From contig NC_091289.1 of NCBI RefSeq assembly GCF_032444005.1, positions 5,208,001 through 5,272,000 on the forward strand: a stretch of DNA of 64,000 nt. Direction: 5' to 3'. Position 1 is the stretch's first letter. Every line of letters starts with the position of its first letter. Of this stretch, positions 10,931 through 23,050 are shown one piece after another. The position numbers and the translations under genes were made by a program. The stretch is from Ranitomeya imitator (lineage: Eukaryota). The notes under the pieces were generated by a model, which saw only the letters and a program-made list of their open reading frames with translations, was not told where the DNA came from and ran no database searches.

Positions 10931-13900
10931 CTACACCTCAACAAACCTGGGAAACACACATTCGCCAGAAGACTCGCTACACTCATCAGGAGGGCGTTAA
11001 ACTAGAAGAAGAGGGGACGGGAAGAAAAACATTAGACTCGAACAAAGACGACCCAGGAAAACATACTCAGAAGGGAGGTAAGAACATTTCTAAAACAATC
11101 CACAGCGAGGAGATTGGAACAAAACAAAATCCTCTAAACTGCATGCTCGCAAACGCCAGAAGCCTGACAAACAAGATGGAAGAACTAGAAGCAGAAATAT
11201 CTACAGGTAACTTTGACATAGTGGGAATAACCGAGACATGGTTAGATGAAAGCTATGACTGGGCAGTTAACTTACAGGGTTACAGTCTGTTTAGAAAGGA
11301 TCGTAAAAATCGGAGAGGAGGAGGGGTTTGTCTCTATGTAAAGTCTTGTCTAAAGTCCACTTTAAGGGAGGATATTAGCGAAGGAAATGAGGATGTCGAG
11401 TCCATATGGGTCGAAATTCATGGAGGGAAAAATGGTAACAAAATTCTCATTGGGGTCTGTTACAAACCCCCAAATATAACAGAAACCATGGAAAGTCTAC
11501 TTCTAAAGCAGATAGATGAAGCTGCAACCCATAATGAGGTCCTGGTTATGGGGGACTTTAACTACCCGGATATTAACTGGGAAACAGAAACCTGTGAAAC
11601 CCATAAAGGCAACAGGTTTCTGCTAATAACCAAGAAAAATTATCTTTCACAATTGGTGCAGAATCCAACCAGAGGAGCAGCACTTTTAGACCTAATACTA
11701 TCTAATAGACCTGACAGAATAACAAATCTGCAGGTGGTCGGGCATCTAGGAAATAGCGACCACAATATTGTACAGTTTCACCTGTCTTTCACTAGGGGGA
11801 CTTGTCAGGGAGTCACAAAAACACTGAACTTTAGGAAGGCAAAGTTTGAACAGCTTAGAGATGCCCTTAATCTAGACTGGGACAATATCCTCAGAAATGA
11901 GAATACAGATAATAAATGGGAAATGTTTAAGAACATCCTAAATAGGCAGTGTAAGCGGTTTATACCTTGTGGGAATAAAAGGACTAGAAATAGGAAAAAC
12001 CCAATGTGGCTAAACAAAGAAGTAAGACAGGCAATTAACAGTAAAAAGAAAGCATTTGCACTACTAAAGCAGGATGGCACCATTGAAGCTCTAAAAAACT
12101 ATAGGGAGAAAAATACTTTATCTAAAAAACTAATTAAAGCTGCCAAAAAGGAAACAGAGAAGCACATTGCTAAGGAGAGTAAAACTAATCCCAAACTGTT
12201 CTTCAACTATATCAATAGTAAAAGAATAAAAACTGAAAATGTAGGCCCCTTAAAAAATAGTGAGGAAAGAATGGTTGTAGATGACGAGGAAAAAGCTAAC
12301 ATATTAAACACCTTCTTCTCCACGGTATTCACGGTGGAAAATGAAATGCTAGGTGAAATCCCAAGAAACAATGAAAACCCTATATTAAGGGTCACCAATC
12401 TAACCCAAGAAGAGGTGCGAAACCGGCTAAATAAGATTAAAATAGATAAATCTCCGGGTCCGGATGGCATACACCCACGAGTACTAAGAGAACTAAGTAA
12501 TGTAATAGATAAACAATTATTTCTTATTTTTAGTGACTCTATAGCGACAGGGTCTGTTCCGCAGGACTGGCGCATAGCAAATGTGGTGCCAATATTCAAA
12601 AAGGGCTCTAAAAGTGAACCTGGAAATTATAGGCCAGTAAGTCTAACCTCTATTGTTGGTAAAATATTTGAAGGGTTTCTGAGGGATGTTATTCTGGATT
12701 ATCTCAATGAGAATAACTGTTTAACTCCATATCAGCATGGGTTTATGAGAAATCGCTCCTGTCAAACCAATCTAATCAGTTTTTATGAAGAGGTAAGCTA
12801 TAGGCTGGACCACGGTGAGTCATTGGACGTGGTATATCTCGATTTTTCCAAAGCGTTTGATACCGTGCCGCACAAGAGGTTGGTACACAAAATGAGAATG
12901 CTTGGTCTGGGGGAAAATGTGTGTAAATGGGTTAGTAACTGGCTTAGTGATAGAAAGCAGAGGGTGGTTATAAATGGTATAGTCTCTAACTGGGTCGCTG
13001 TGACCAGTGGGGTACCGCAGGGGTCAGTATTGGGACCTGTTCTCTTCAACATATTCATTAATGATCTGGTAGAAGGTTTACACAGTAAAATATCGATATT
13101 TGCAGATGATACAAAACTATGTAAAGCAGTTAATACAAGAGAAGATAGTATTCTGCTACAGATGGATCTGGATAAGTTGGAAACTTGGGCTGAAAGGTGG
13201 CAGATGAGGTTTAACAATGATAAATGTAAGGTTATACACATGGGAAGAAGGAATCAATATCACCATTACACACTGAACGGGAAACCACTGGGTAAATCTG
13301 ACAGGGAGAAGGACTTGGGGATCCTAGTTAATGATAAACTTACCTGGAGCAGCCAGTGCCAGGCAGCAGCTGCCAAGGCAAACAGGATCATGGGGTGCAT
13401 TAAAAGAGGTCTGGATACACATGATGAGAGCATTATACTGCCTCTGTACAAATCCCTAGTTAGACCGCACATGGAGTACTGTGTCCAGTTTTGGGCACCG
13501 GTGCTCAGGAAGGATATAATGGAACTAGAGAGAGTACAAAGGAGGGCAACAAAATTAATAAAGGGGATGGGAGAACTACAATACCCAGATAGATTAGCGA
13601 AATTAGGATTATTTAGTCTAGAAAAAAGACGACTGAGGGGCGATCTAATAACCATGTATAAGTATATAAGGGGACAATACAAATATCTCGCTGAGGATCT
13701 GTTTATACCAAGGAAGGTGACGGGCACAAGGGGGCATTCTTTGCGTCTGGAGGAGAGAAGGTTTTTCCACCAACATAGAAGAGGATTCTTTACTGTTAGG
13801 GCAGTGAGAATCTGGAATTGCTTGCCTGAGGAGGTGGTGATGGCGAACTCAGTCGAGGGGTTCAAGAGAGGCCTGGATGTCTTCCTGGAGCAGAACAATA

Positions 13901-14023
13901 TTGTATCATACAATTATTAGGTTCTGTAGAAGAACGTAGATCTGGGGATTTATTATGATGGAATATAGGCTGAACTGGATGGACAAATGTCTTTTTTCGG
14001 CCTTACTATGTTACTATGTTACT
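10931..14023 (+). mobile_element. CR1 LINE, 5'-truncated in ORF1, intact ORF2
   Basis: 10931-11005 encodes LHLNKPGKHTFARRLATLIRRALN*, resembling the C-terminus of CR1 esterase-type ORF1; ORF2 follows; 3' tail (TTACTATG)n ends 14023; no TSD seen. Confidence 0.95.
11143..13920 (+). CDS. CR1 ORF2: APE endonuclease + reverse transcriptase (925 aa)
   Basis: APE motifs NARSL, ITETW, GDFN, SDH; RT motifs YRPVSLTS, YLDFSKAFD, QGSVLGP, FADD; no stops or frameshifts. Confidence 0.95.
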   Translation: MLANARSLTNKMEELEAEISTGNFDIVGITETWLDESYDWAVNLQGYSLFRKDRKNRRGGGVCLYVKSCLKSTLREDISEGNEDVESIWVEIHGGKNGNKILIGVCYKPPNITETMESLLLKQIDEAATHNEVLVMGDFNYPDINWETETCETHKGNRFLLITKKNYLSQLVQNPTRGAALLDLILSNRPDRITNLQVVGHLGNSDHNIVQFHLSFTRGTCQGVTKTLNFRKAKFEQLRDALNLDWDNILRNENTDNKWEMFKNILNRQCKRFIPCGNKRTRNRKNPMWLNKEVRQAINSKKKAFALLKQDGTIEALKNYREKNTLSKKLIKAAKKETEKHIAKESKTNPKLFFNYINSKRIKTENVGPLKNSEERMVVDDEEKANILNTFFSTVFTVENEMLGEIPRNNENPILRVTNLTQEEVRNRLNKIKIDKSPGPDGIHPRVLRELSNVIDKQLFLIFSDSIATGSVPQDWRIANVVPIFKKGSKSEPGNYRPVSLTSIVGKIFEGFLRDVILDYLNENNCLTPYQHGFMRNRSCQTNLISFYEEVSYRLDHGESLDVVYLDFSKAFDTVPHKRLVHKMRMLGLGENVCKWVSNWLSDRKQRVVINGIVSNWVAVTSGVPQGSVLGPVLFNIFINDLVEGLHSKISIFADDTKLCKAVNTREDSILLQMDLDKLETWAERWQMRFNNDKCKVIHMGRRNQYHHYTLNGKPLGKSDREKDLGILVNDKLTWSSQCQAAAAKANRIMGCIKRGLDTHDESIILPLYKSLVRPHMEYCVQFWAPVLRKDIMELERVQRRATKLIKGMGELQYPDRLAKLGLFSLEKRRLRGDLITMYKYIRGQYKYLAEDLFIPRKVTGTRGHSLRLEERRFFHQHRRGFFTVRAVRIWNCLPEEVVMANSVEGFKRGLDVFLEQNNIVSYNY

Positions 14024-14024
14024 T

Positions 14025-14040
14025 TTTATTAGATTTTATT
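14025..14040 (-). terminator. Two AATAAA polyadenylation signals, putative GLYCTK 3' end
   Basis: Plus-strand TTTATT at 14025-14030 and 14035-14040; first canonical hexamers found downstream of the GLYCTK stop (14660). Confidence 0.55.
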
Positions 14041-14334
14041 GTGTCGTTGCAAAAACAAATTCTGAGACATTGCAGTTTTCACATTGGCCACTAGATGTCA
14101 GCACAACAGGCTGCACTCCAATGCACTGAGCAAACAGCTTCTTGCTTTACTGCCTGTAGTAAAACAAGTTGGGGTGACTCAATTATCGCTAGAGGAGGAG
14201 CAACGGCAGAAAGAGACGTCTGATGTCCGAGAAAAATGAGGAGGAAGGGAATGAGGGGGCAGGGGCACCCAGGGTCACTTCCCACAATGCACTGCTTTCC
14301 AGTATTCCTTTAGACTGGTGCATATGGCAGTAGA

Positions 14335-14595
14335 GAGAGGTGGTAACAGAACAGTCAGCGCAGCTCTGGAGGTAACAGAATGGTGAGCACAGCTCCGGAG
14401 GTAACAGAATGGTGAGCACAGGTATGTACGTAACAAAATGGCGAGCGCAGCTCCGGAGGTAAAAGAATGGTGAGCGCAGCTCCGGAGGTAACAGAATGGT
14501 GAGTGCAGTTCCGGAGGTAACAGAATGAGAATGGTGAGCGCAGCTCCAGAGGTAACAGAATGGTGAGCGCAGCTCCAGAGGTAACAGAATGGAGA
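14335..14595. repeat. 29-bp minisatellite (GGAGGTAACAGAATGGTGAGCGCAGCTCC) in putative GLYCTK 3'UTR
   Basis: About 9 degenerate tandem units. Confidence 0.9.
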
Positions 14596-14659
14596 GTGCT
14601 GCTCTGGTTGTGACTGGGGCACAGTGTGTCTCCTCACAGGTGCCCCTCACCCACGCTCT

Positions 14660-17600
14660 CTATTGGTCTTTGTGCCGTTGTACCAGCAGGACCTGCACGT
14701 CCATCACGTTGGTCCCGGTCAGTCCGGTCACCAGGAGACGTCTGCCATTTTGGAAGTCACTGAAGAATCCGTACGAGTCGCTGGCGGTCAGGAAGGCCTC
14801 TACGTCCAGACCGTTGCGCCGCGCCTGCTCCACCAGCTGTGGGTACGAGACGGCGCCAGCAGCCGGTGTGGGACCATCCTGCCCATCTGTGCCCCCGCTC
14901 AGGAACACGACCTCACAGCCCTGCATGGCCGCCACGGACTGATGCCACTGTGCAGCCACCCGCAGTGCCAGCTCCTGGTTTCTTCCTCCTCTGCCCTTTC
15001 CCTGCACCCGGACTGTGGTTTCGCCTCCGCAGAGCACACAGATGCCACCTGAAGCCCCGGCCTCCTTCATTTCCTGCAGACGGGCAGAGAGGTGGAGGTC
15101 GGGGATGTCCATGGACGAGGCCACGGCCAGGAGGGTCTCCTCCAGCTCAGGCCTCTGAGGGGCCGCCGTGAGATAAGAGCAGAGGACCTCGGCCAAGAGG
15201 GCGTAAAACTGGGAGACCAGACGAACATCGCCGCTGATGGCCGTGGAGAGGAGCGAGGTCACATACCCCGACCGCTGAGCCTCCTGCTCGGCCTCCCGGA
15301 GGGAGAGGAGGTTGGAGCCGATGAGGATGTTGTGGACGCGGCCGTGATCCTGCGTGGGGTCCACCCGGGGTCTGGAGAGCAGGACGTCCTCCACCGCGGC
15401 CGGCACCGAGCCCCGCAGGCCATATTTACTCAGGATCTGCAGACAGTCCTCCACTCTGTAGGCGCTGCAGACAGTCGGGCCACTGGCGATCACATCAAGG
15501 TCATCCCCGATGACGTCGGACAGGATGAGACTGACCACCTGGAGGAGGGAGACCGAGAGCGTCAGAGTCCACGGCGTCCTTACCTTACAGCTATCATGTC
15601 CCTGTACCGACCTGTGCCGGGTGGGCTGCCCTGGAGAGACCCCCGCCCTTCAGCTGGGACAGACCTCTGCGGACGGTGTTCAGTTCCTGTATTGTAGCCC
15701 CTTTAAGTGCCAGCTGCTTGGTGACCGCCTGTTTATCCTGCAGGGTGAGGGGTGGCACGGGCGCGGGCAGGAGTGCGGAGCCGCCACCTAAGAGGGAGAG
15801 ATCGCTGAGAACAGTGCAACCACCAGAAACCGCCACACTGCGAGAAACCGCCATGCTGCGACTGACCGAAAGCCACTATACCACCAGACTGCAAGATACC
15901 GCCACACTGCCATACCGCCATGCTGTGACTGACCCTCAGAAAGCCACTACACCGCCACGCTGCAAGATACCGCCACGCTGCAACCGACCCTCAGAAAGCC
16001 ACTACACCGCCACGCTGCAACCGACCCTCAGAAAGCCACTATACCGCCATGCTGCAAGATACCGCCACGCTGCAACTGACCCTCAGAAAGCCACTATACC
16101 GCCATGCTGCAAGATACCACCACGCTGTGAGATACCGCCACGCTGTAACCGACCCTCAGAAAGCCACTATACCGCCATGCTGCAAGACACCACCACGCTG
16201 TGAGATAATGCCACACTGCGACTGACCCTCAAAAAGCCACTATACCGCCATGCTGCAAGATATTGCCATGCTGCGAGATACCGCCACGCTGCAAGATACC
16301 GCCATGCTGCAACCGACCCTCAGAAAGCCACTATACCACCATGCTGCAAGATATCGCGATGCCGTGAAATACCGCCAAGCTGCAAGATACCGCCACGCTG
16401 CAATCGACCCTCAGAAAGCCATTATACCGCCACGCTGCGACCGACCCTCAGAAAGCCACTATACCGCCACAGTGTGATACCGCCACGCTTCGACCGACCC
16501 TCAGAAAACAATGTTCCCTGGGATAAGTATGCAAATAGGCTCCCCCAGTAGGAAGGTCAGTGCCGCCTGTAAGAAGCTGCTCTGGGAGTCAGGCGGCCCG
16601 AGCCCATGCAGCCCCACCGTCCCACGTACAGATACCAGCACTGGCCAGTGTTGGGCATGAAACTAATGAACTGCAGGGGTGAAGAACTACAGGAGCTCAT
16701 GCAGCTGTTGGTGCAGCTCTGGGTGTAACTGGAGCACAAGACATGACGCACATACAGGTCCAGTCCGCCAAGGCGTCCGGTCTTCACCCCTGCTGCTTAT
16801 TAGGCCAGGAGACGCTGTGACATTGCGGGTCCGAGGAAGCGCCCAAGGTGCCAGGATCAGACGTGTGGCCGCCTCGGCGGACCTGACCAGGGCTCATCGC
16901 TGACACGCCACCATTCCTCAGGAGGATATTATCACAGGGGTCTCCCCCACCTGAGATCAGCACCAGCAGTAAATGCCCCCGCTGCAGCTTTTCGGCCACT
17001 TTCTGAATTTCTCCGGCCGCCTTCATTGCCGCCTCGTCCGGCATATTGTCTGCAGCTCCTTCCATCACACGAATCCTGGACCCGGGGCTCAGGAGCATAT
17101 CCCTGCGGAGAGAGGAGCCGTGAGCGGGGGACACAGCGGGGAAGACCCTCACAATGAGGACTGTAAAGCGTCACAAATCTGAGCGCACGGTGATACAAGG
17201 AGCTGAACAAGCAGGGCATGCTGGGAGATTTCTGCTATGAAGCTGCAGGACACTGCATAGATTATATAGGAAGCTGCAGGACACTGCACAGATTATATAG
17301 GAAGCTGCAGGACACACTGCATAGATTATATAGGAAGCTGCAGGACACTGCACAGATTATATAGGAAGCTGCAGGACACTGCATAGATTATATAGGAAGC
17401 TGCAGGACACTGCATAGATTATATAGGAAGCTGCAGGACACTGCATAGATTATATAGGAAGCTGCAGGACACTGCATAGATTATATAGGAAGCTGCAGGA
17501 CACTGCACAGATTATATAGGAAGCTGCAGGACACACTGCATAGATTATATAGGAAGCTGCAGGACACTGCACAGATTATATAGGAAGCTGCAGGACACTG

Positions 17601-19980
17601 CATAGATTATATAGGAAGCTGCAGGACACTGCACAGATTATATAGGAAGCTGCAGGACACACTGCATAGATTATATAGGAAGCTGCAGGACACTGCACAG
17701 ATTATATAGGAAGCTGCAGGACACTGCATAGATTATATAGGAAGCTGCAGGACACTGCATAGATTATATAGGAAGCTGCAGGACACTGCATAGATTATAT
17801 AGGAAGCTGCAGGACACTGCACAGATTATATAGGAAGCTGCAGGACACACTGCATAGATTATATAGGAAGCTGCAGGACACTGCACAGATTATATAGGAA
17901 GCTGCAGGACACTGCATAGATTATATAGGAAGCTGCAGGACACTGCATAGATTATATAGGAAGCTGCAGGACACTGCATAGATTATATAGGAAGCTGCAG
18001 GACACTGCATAGATTATATAGGAAGCTGCAGGACACTGCACAGATTATATAGGAAGCTGCAGGACACTGCACAGATTATATAGGAAGCTGCAGGACACAC
18101 TGCATAGATTATATAGGAAGCTGCAGGACACTGCATAGATTATATAGGAAGCTGCAGGACACACTGCATAGATTATATAGGAAGCTGCAGGACACTGCAC
18201 AGATTATATAGGAAGCTGCAGGACACTGCATAGATTATATAGGAAGCTGCAGGACACTGCATAGATTATACAGAAAGCTGCAGGACACTGCACAGATTAT
18301 ATAGGAAGCTGCAGGACACTGCATAGATTATATAGGAAGCTGCAGGACACTGCATAGATTATATAGGAAGCTGCAGGACACTGCATAGATTATATAGGAA
18401 GCTGCAGGACACTGCACAGATTATATAGGAAGCTGCAGGACACTGCATAGATTATATAGGAAGCTGCAGGACACACTGCATAGATTATACAGGAAGCTGC
18501 AGGACACTGCACAGATTATACAGAAAGCTGCAGGACACACTGCATAGATTATATAGGAAGCTGCAGGACACACTGCATAGATTATATAGGAAGCTGCAGG
18601 ACACTGCATAGATTATACAGAAAGCTGCAGGACACACTGCATAGATTATATAGAAAGCTGCAGGACACACTGCATAGATTATACAGGAAGCTGCAGGACA
18701 CTGCATAGATTATACAGAAAGCTGCAGGACACACTGCATAGATTATATAGAAAGCTGCAGGACACACTGCATAGATTATATAGGAAGCTGCAGGACACAC
18801 TGCATAGACTTTATAGGAAGCTGCAGGACACACTGCATAGACTTTATAGGAAGCTGCAGGACACACTGCATAGATTATATAGGAAGCTGCAGGACACACT
18901 GCATAGATTATACAGAAAGCTGCAGGACACACTGCATAGATTATACAGGAAGCTGCAGGACACTGCATAGATTATACAGAAAGCTGCAGGACACACTGCA
19001 TAGATTATATAGAAAGCTGCAGGACACACTGCATAGATTATATAGGAAGCTGCAGGACACACTGCATAGACTTTATAGGAAGCTGCAGGACACACTGCAT
19101 AGACTTTATAGGAAGCTGCAGGACACACTGCATAGATTATATAGGAAGCTGCAGGACACACTGCATAGATTATACAGAAAGCTGCAGGACACACTGCATA
19201 GATTATATAGAAAGCTGCAGGACACACTGCATAGATTATATAGGAAGCTGCAGGACACACTGCATAGATTATATAGGAAGCTGCAGGACACACTGCATAG
19301 ACTTTATAGGAAGCTGCAGGACACACTGCATAGACTTTATAGGAAGCTGCAGGACACACTGCATAGATTATATAGGAAGCTGCAGGACACTGCATAGATT
19401 ATACAGAAAGCTGCAGGACACACTGCATAGATTATATAGAAAGCTGCAGGACACACTGCATAGATTATATAGGAAGCTGCAGGACACACTGCATAGACTT
19501 TATAGGAAGCTGCAGGACACACTGCATAGACTTTATAGGAAGCTGCAGGACACACTGCATAGACTTTATAGGAAGCTGCAGGACACACTGCATACACAAT
19601 ATGTGACATCTGGGGCCCCTCGGTTGTTACCTCTTTCCCGCCTGTCGGAGGGTCTCCTCTATTCCGCGGGGGACGCTGATCACTCCTTCTACCAAATGCT
19701 TCCCAACGATCTGCTCCACCGCAGCCGCCATTCCCAGAACAGCCTTCCCAAACCCCACCAAATAGAGGTTGTTCTCCAGGGGGATCTGCTTCCCTCCGCA
19801 CTCCAGGACGGGGGGTCCGGCGGTATCCCTGACGATCAGCGCTCTCTGTAACATGCGGGGCGGTAAGACAGCCGACACAGCGCTCCGAAATATCCGATGG
19901 GCGTCATCCTGCAGAGCCGCCATGTTTCCGATAAGGCGGTGCGATGGGCGGGAGAAGATGCGTCTTAGTAATTGGGCCAT
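14660..19980 (-). CDS. GLYCTK: Glycerate kinase; complement(join(14660..15538,15612..15787,16951..17102,19631..19980)), 518 aa
   Basis: Motifs YLVGFGKA, LISGGGSALL, QLKGGGL, LSDVIGD..IASGPT, GGETTV, GRGGRNQE, GTDGQDG, TGTNVMD; all introns GT-AG; internal exon sizes 152 and 176 bp as recalled for mammalian GLYCTK; acceptor at 19997 implies an upstream non-coding exon. Confidence 0.96.
15825..16507. repeat. Composite minisatellite (18-bp ATACCGCCACGCTGCAAG sub-units plus CCGACCCTCAGAAAGCCACT), GLYCTK intron
   Basis: Recurrent sub-units visible directly. Confidence 0.9.
17239..19591. repeat. 31/33-bp minisatellite (GGAAGCTGCAGGACA[CA]CTGCATAGATTATATA), GLYCTK intron
   Basis: Roughly 70-75 tandem units. 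Confidence 0.97.
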
Positions 19981-20439
19981 ATAGGGAGGTCGGCCACCTG
20001 CGGGGACACAGCAGGGAAATCCCATTCGTTCATATTAAACTGGACCGGCACCTGCCCCCGAATCATGGGGACGGGACATCGGAGAAGAGGGGGCGCACGT
20101 CCTGTGATCTCCCAGCCATGGACATCTGGCAGAGATTCGGACCCCCCTGTGAAGCTGCCGCTTTGTTCTGTGCCACCATTCCCCCCCCCCCCCCATCAAG
20201 GCAGCTGAGCGACGTCTTGCGTTTTTTATTGATGGCAGTATCGGGAACATTCGATATTTTTATAGCGGCGATTACAGAACTTTGATTCTGGAGTTTCAAT
20301 ATTTTTTTCCTTTTAGACGTTTTACGTTCAGGTAAATAATTTTATATGTTAACTGATTGGACATAGGCAGAGACAGAAATATCTAATGGTCAATTTAGAA
20401 TATATTTTTAAAGGGGGAGGGGGCTTCCCATTCGCAGGT

Positions 20440-23050
20440 TGTGTGTAGTATTGGCCCCCCATCTGCAGGCTGTGTGTGGTATTGCCCCTTCCCATCCGCA
20501 GGCTATGTGTGGTATTGGCCCCTCCCATCTGCAGGCTGTGTGTGATATTGCCCCCTCCCATCCGCTGGCAGTGTGATATTGCCCCCTCCCAAAACCCAGG
20601 CTACGTGTGGTACTGCCCCCTTTCATCCGCAGGCCGTGTGTGAATTGACCCCTCCCATCCCCAGGCTGTGTGTGGTATTGGCCCCTCCCATCCACTGGCA
20701 GTGTGTGATATTGCCCCCTCCCATCCACTGGCAGTGTGTGATATTGCCCCCTCCCATCCACTGGCAGTGTGTGATATTGCCCCCTCCCATCACCAGGCTG
20801 TGTGTGGGATTGGCCCCTCCCATCCGCTGGCAGCGTGTGATATTGCCCCCTCCCATACCCAGGCTGTCTGTGATATTGTCCCCTCCCATCCGCAGGCTGT
20901 GTGTGGTATTTCCCCCTCCCATCTGCTGGCTGTGTGTGATATTGCCCCCTCCCATCCCCAGGCTGTGTGTGGTATTGCCCCCTCCCATCACCAGGCTGTG
21001 TGGGATTGGCCCCTCCCATCCGCTGGCAGCGTGTGATATTGCCCCCTCCCATACCCATGCTGTGTGTGATATTGCCCCCTCCCATCCCCAGGCTGTGTGT
21101 GGTATTGGCCCCTTCCATCCGCTGGCAGTGTGTGATATTGGCCCCTCCCACACCCAGGCCGCGTGTGTTATTGCCCCCTCCCATCTCCAGGCTGTGTGTG
21201 GTATTGGCCCCTCCCATCCGCTGGCAGTGTGTGATATTGCCCCCTCCCATCCCCAGGCTGTGTGTGGTATTGCCTCCTCCCATCACCAGGCTGTGTGTGG
21301 GATTGGCCCCTCCCATCCGCTGGCAGCGTGTGATATTGCCCCCTCCCATCCCCAGGCTGTGTGGTATTGCCCTCTCCCATCCCCAGGCTGTGTGTGGTAT
21401 TGGCCCCTTCCATCCGCTGGCAGTGTGTGATATTGCCCCCTCCCATACCCAGGCTGTGTGTGTGGTATTGCCCCCTTCCATCCACAGGCTGTGTGTGGTA
21501 TTGGCCCCTCTCATCCGCTGGCAGTGTGTGGTATTGCCCCCTTCCATCCACAGGCTGTGTGTGGTATTGCCCCCTCCCATCCCCAGGCTGTGTGGTATTG
21601 CCCCCTCCCATCCCCAGGCTGTGTGTGGTATTGGCCCCTTCCATCCGCTGGCAGTGTGTGATATTGCCCCCTCCCATACCCAGGCTGTGTGTGTGGTATT
21701 GCCCCCTTCCATCCACAGGCTGTGTGTGGTATTGGCCCCTCCCATCCGCTGGCAGCGTGTGATATTGCCCCCTCCCATCCCCAGGCTGTGTGGTATTGCC
21801 CCCTCCCATCCCCAGGCTGTGTGTGGTATTGGCCCCTTCCATCCGCTGGCAGTGTGTGATATTGCCCCCTCCCATACCCAGGCTGTGTGTGTGGTATTGC
21901 CCCCTTCCATCCCCAGACTGTGTGTGGTATTGCCCCCTCCCATCCCCAGGCTGTGTGTGGTATTGCCCCCTCCCATACCCAGACTGTGTGATATTGCCCC
22001 CTCCCATCCCCAGGCTGTGTGATATTGCCCCCTCCCATACCCAGGCTGTGTGTGGTATTGCCCCCTCCCATCCGCTGGCAGTGTGTGGTATTGCCCCCTC
22101 CCATCCCCAGGCTGTGAGTGATATTGCCCCCTCCCATCCGCAGGCTGTGTGTGGTATTGCCCCCTCCCATCCCCAGGATGTAAGTGATATTGCTCCCTCC
22201 CATCCGCTGGCAGTGAGTGGTATTGCCCCCTCCCATCCCCAGGCTGTGAGTGATATTGCCCCCTCCCATCCCCAGGCTGTGAGTGATATTGCCCCCTCCC
22301 ATCCCCAGGCTGTGTGTGGTATTGCCCCCTCCCATCCCCAGGCTGTGAGTGATATTGCCCCCTCCCATCCGCAGGCTGTGTGTGGTATTGCCCCCTCCCA
22401 TCCCCAGGCTGTGTGTGGTATTGCCCCCTCCCATCCCCAGGCTGTGTGTGGTATTGGCCCCTCCCATCCCCAGGCTGTGTGTGGTATTGCCCCCTCCCAT
22501 CCCCAGGCTGTGTGTGGTATTGCCCCCTCCCATCCTCAGGCTGTGTGTGGTATTGGCCCCTTCCATCCGCTGGCAGTGTGTGATATTGCCCCCTCCCACA
22601 CCCAGACCGCGTGTGGTATTGCCCCCTCCCATCCCCAGGCTGTGTGTGGTATTGGCCCCTTCCATCCGCTGGCAGTGTGTGATATTGCCCCCTCCCATCC
22701 CCAGACCGCGTTGTATTGCCCCCTCCCATCCCCAGGCTGTGTGTGGTATTGGCCCCTCCAATCCGCTGGCTGTGTGTGATATTGCCCCCTCCCATCCCCA
22801 GGCTGTGTGTGGTATTGCCCCCTCCCATCACCAGGCTGTGTGTGGGATTGGCCCCTCCCATCCGCTGGCAGCGTGTGATATTGCCCCCTTCCATCACCAG
22901 GCTGTGTGTGATATTGCCCCCTCCCATCCCCAGGCTGTGTGTGATATTGCCCCCTCCCATCCCCAGGCTGTGTGTGATATTGCCCTCTCCCATCCGCACG
23001 CTGTATGTGGTATTGCCCCCTCCCATCCGCAGGCTGTGTGTGGTATTGCA
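20440..23050. repeat. ~33-bp minisatellite (GTGTGGTATTGCCCCCTCCCATCCCCAGGCT), GLYCTK first intron
   Basis: Tandem variant units over 2.6 kb. Confidence 0.95.

Noticed and set aside
4356-13913. Antisense ORFs of 92-215 aa over both CR1 copies
   Set aside because: Shadow ORFs of the RT coding strand, repeated in both copies.
6660-14660. miR-135a, recalled as lying near the GLYCTK 3' end in mammals
   Set aside because: No TATGGCTTTTTATTCCTATGTGA or its complement found by eye; it may lie outside the window or be lost.
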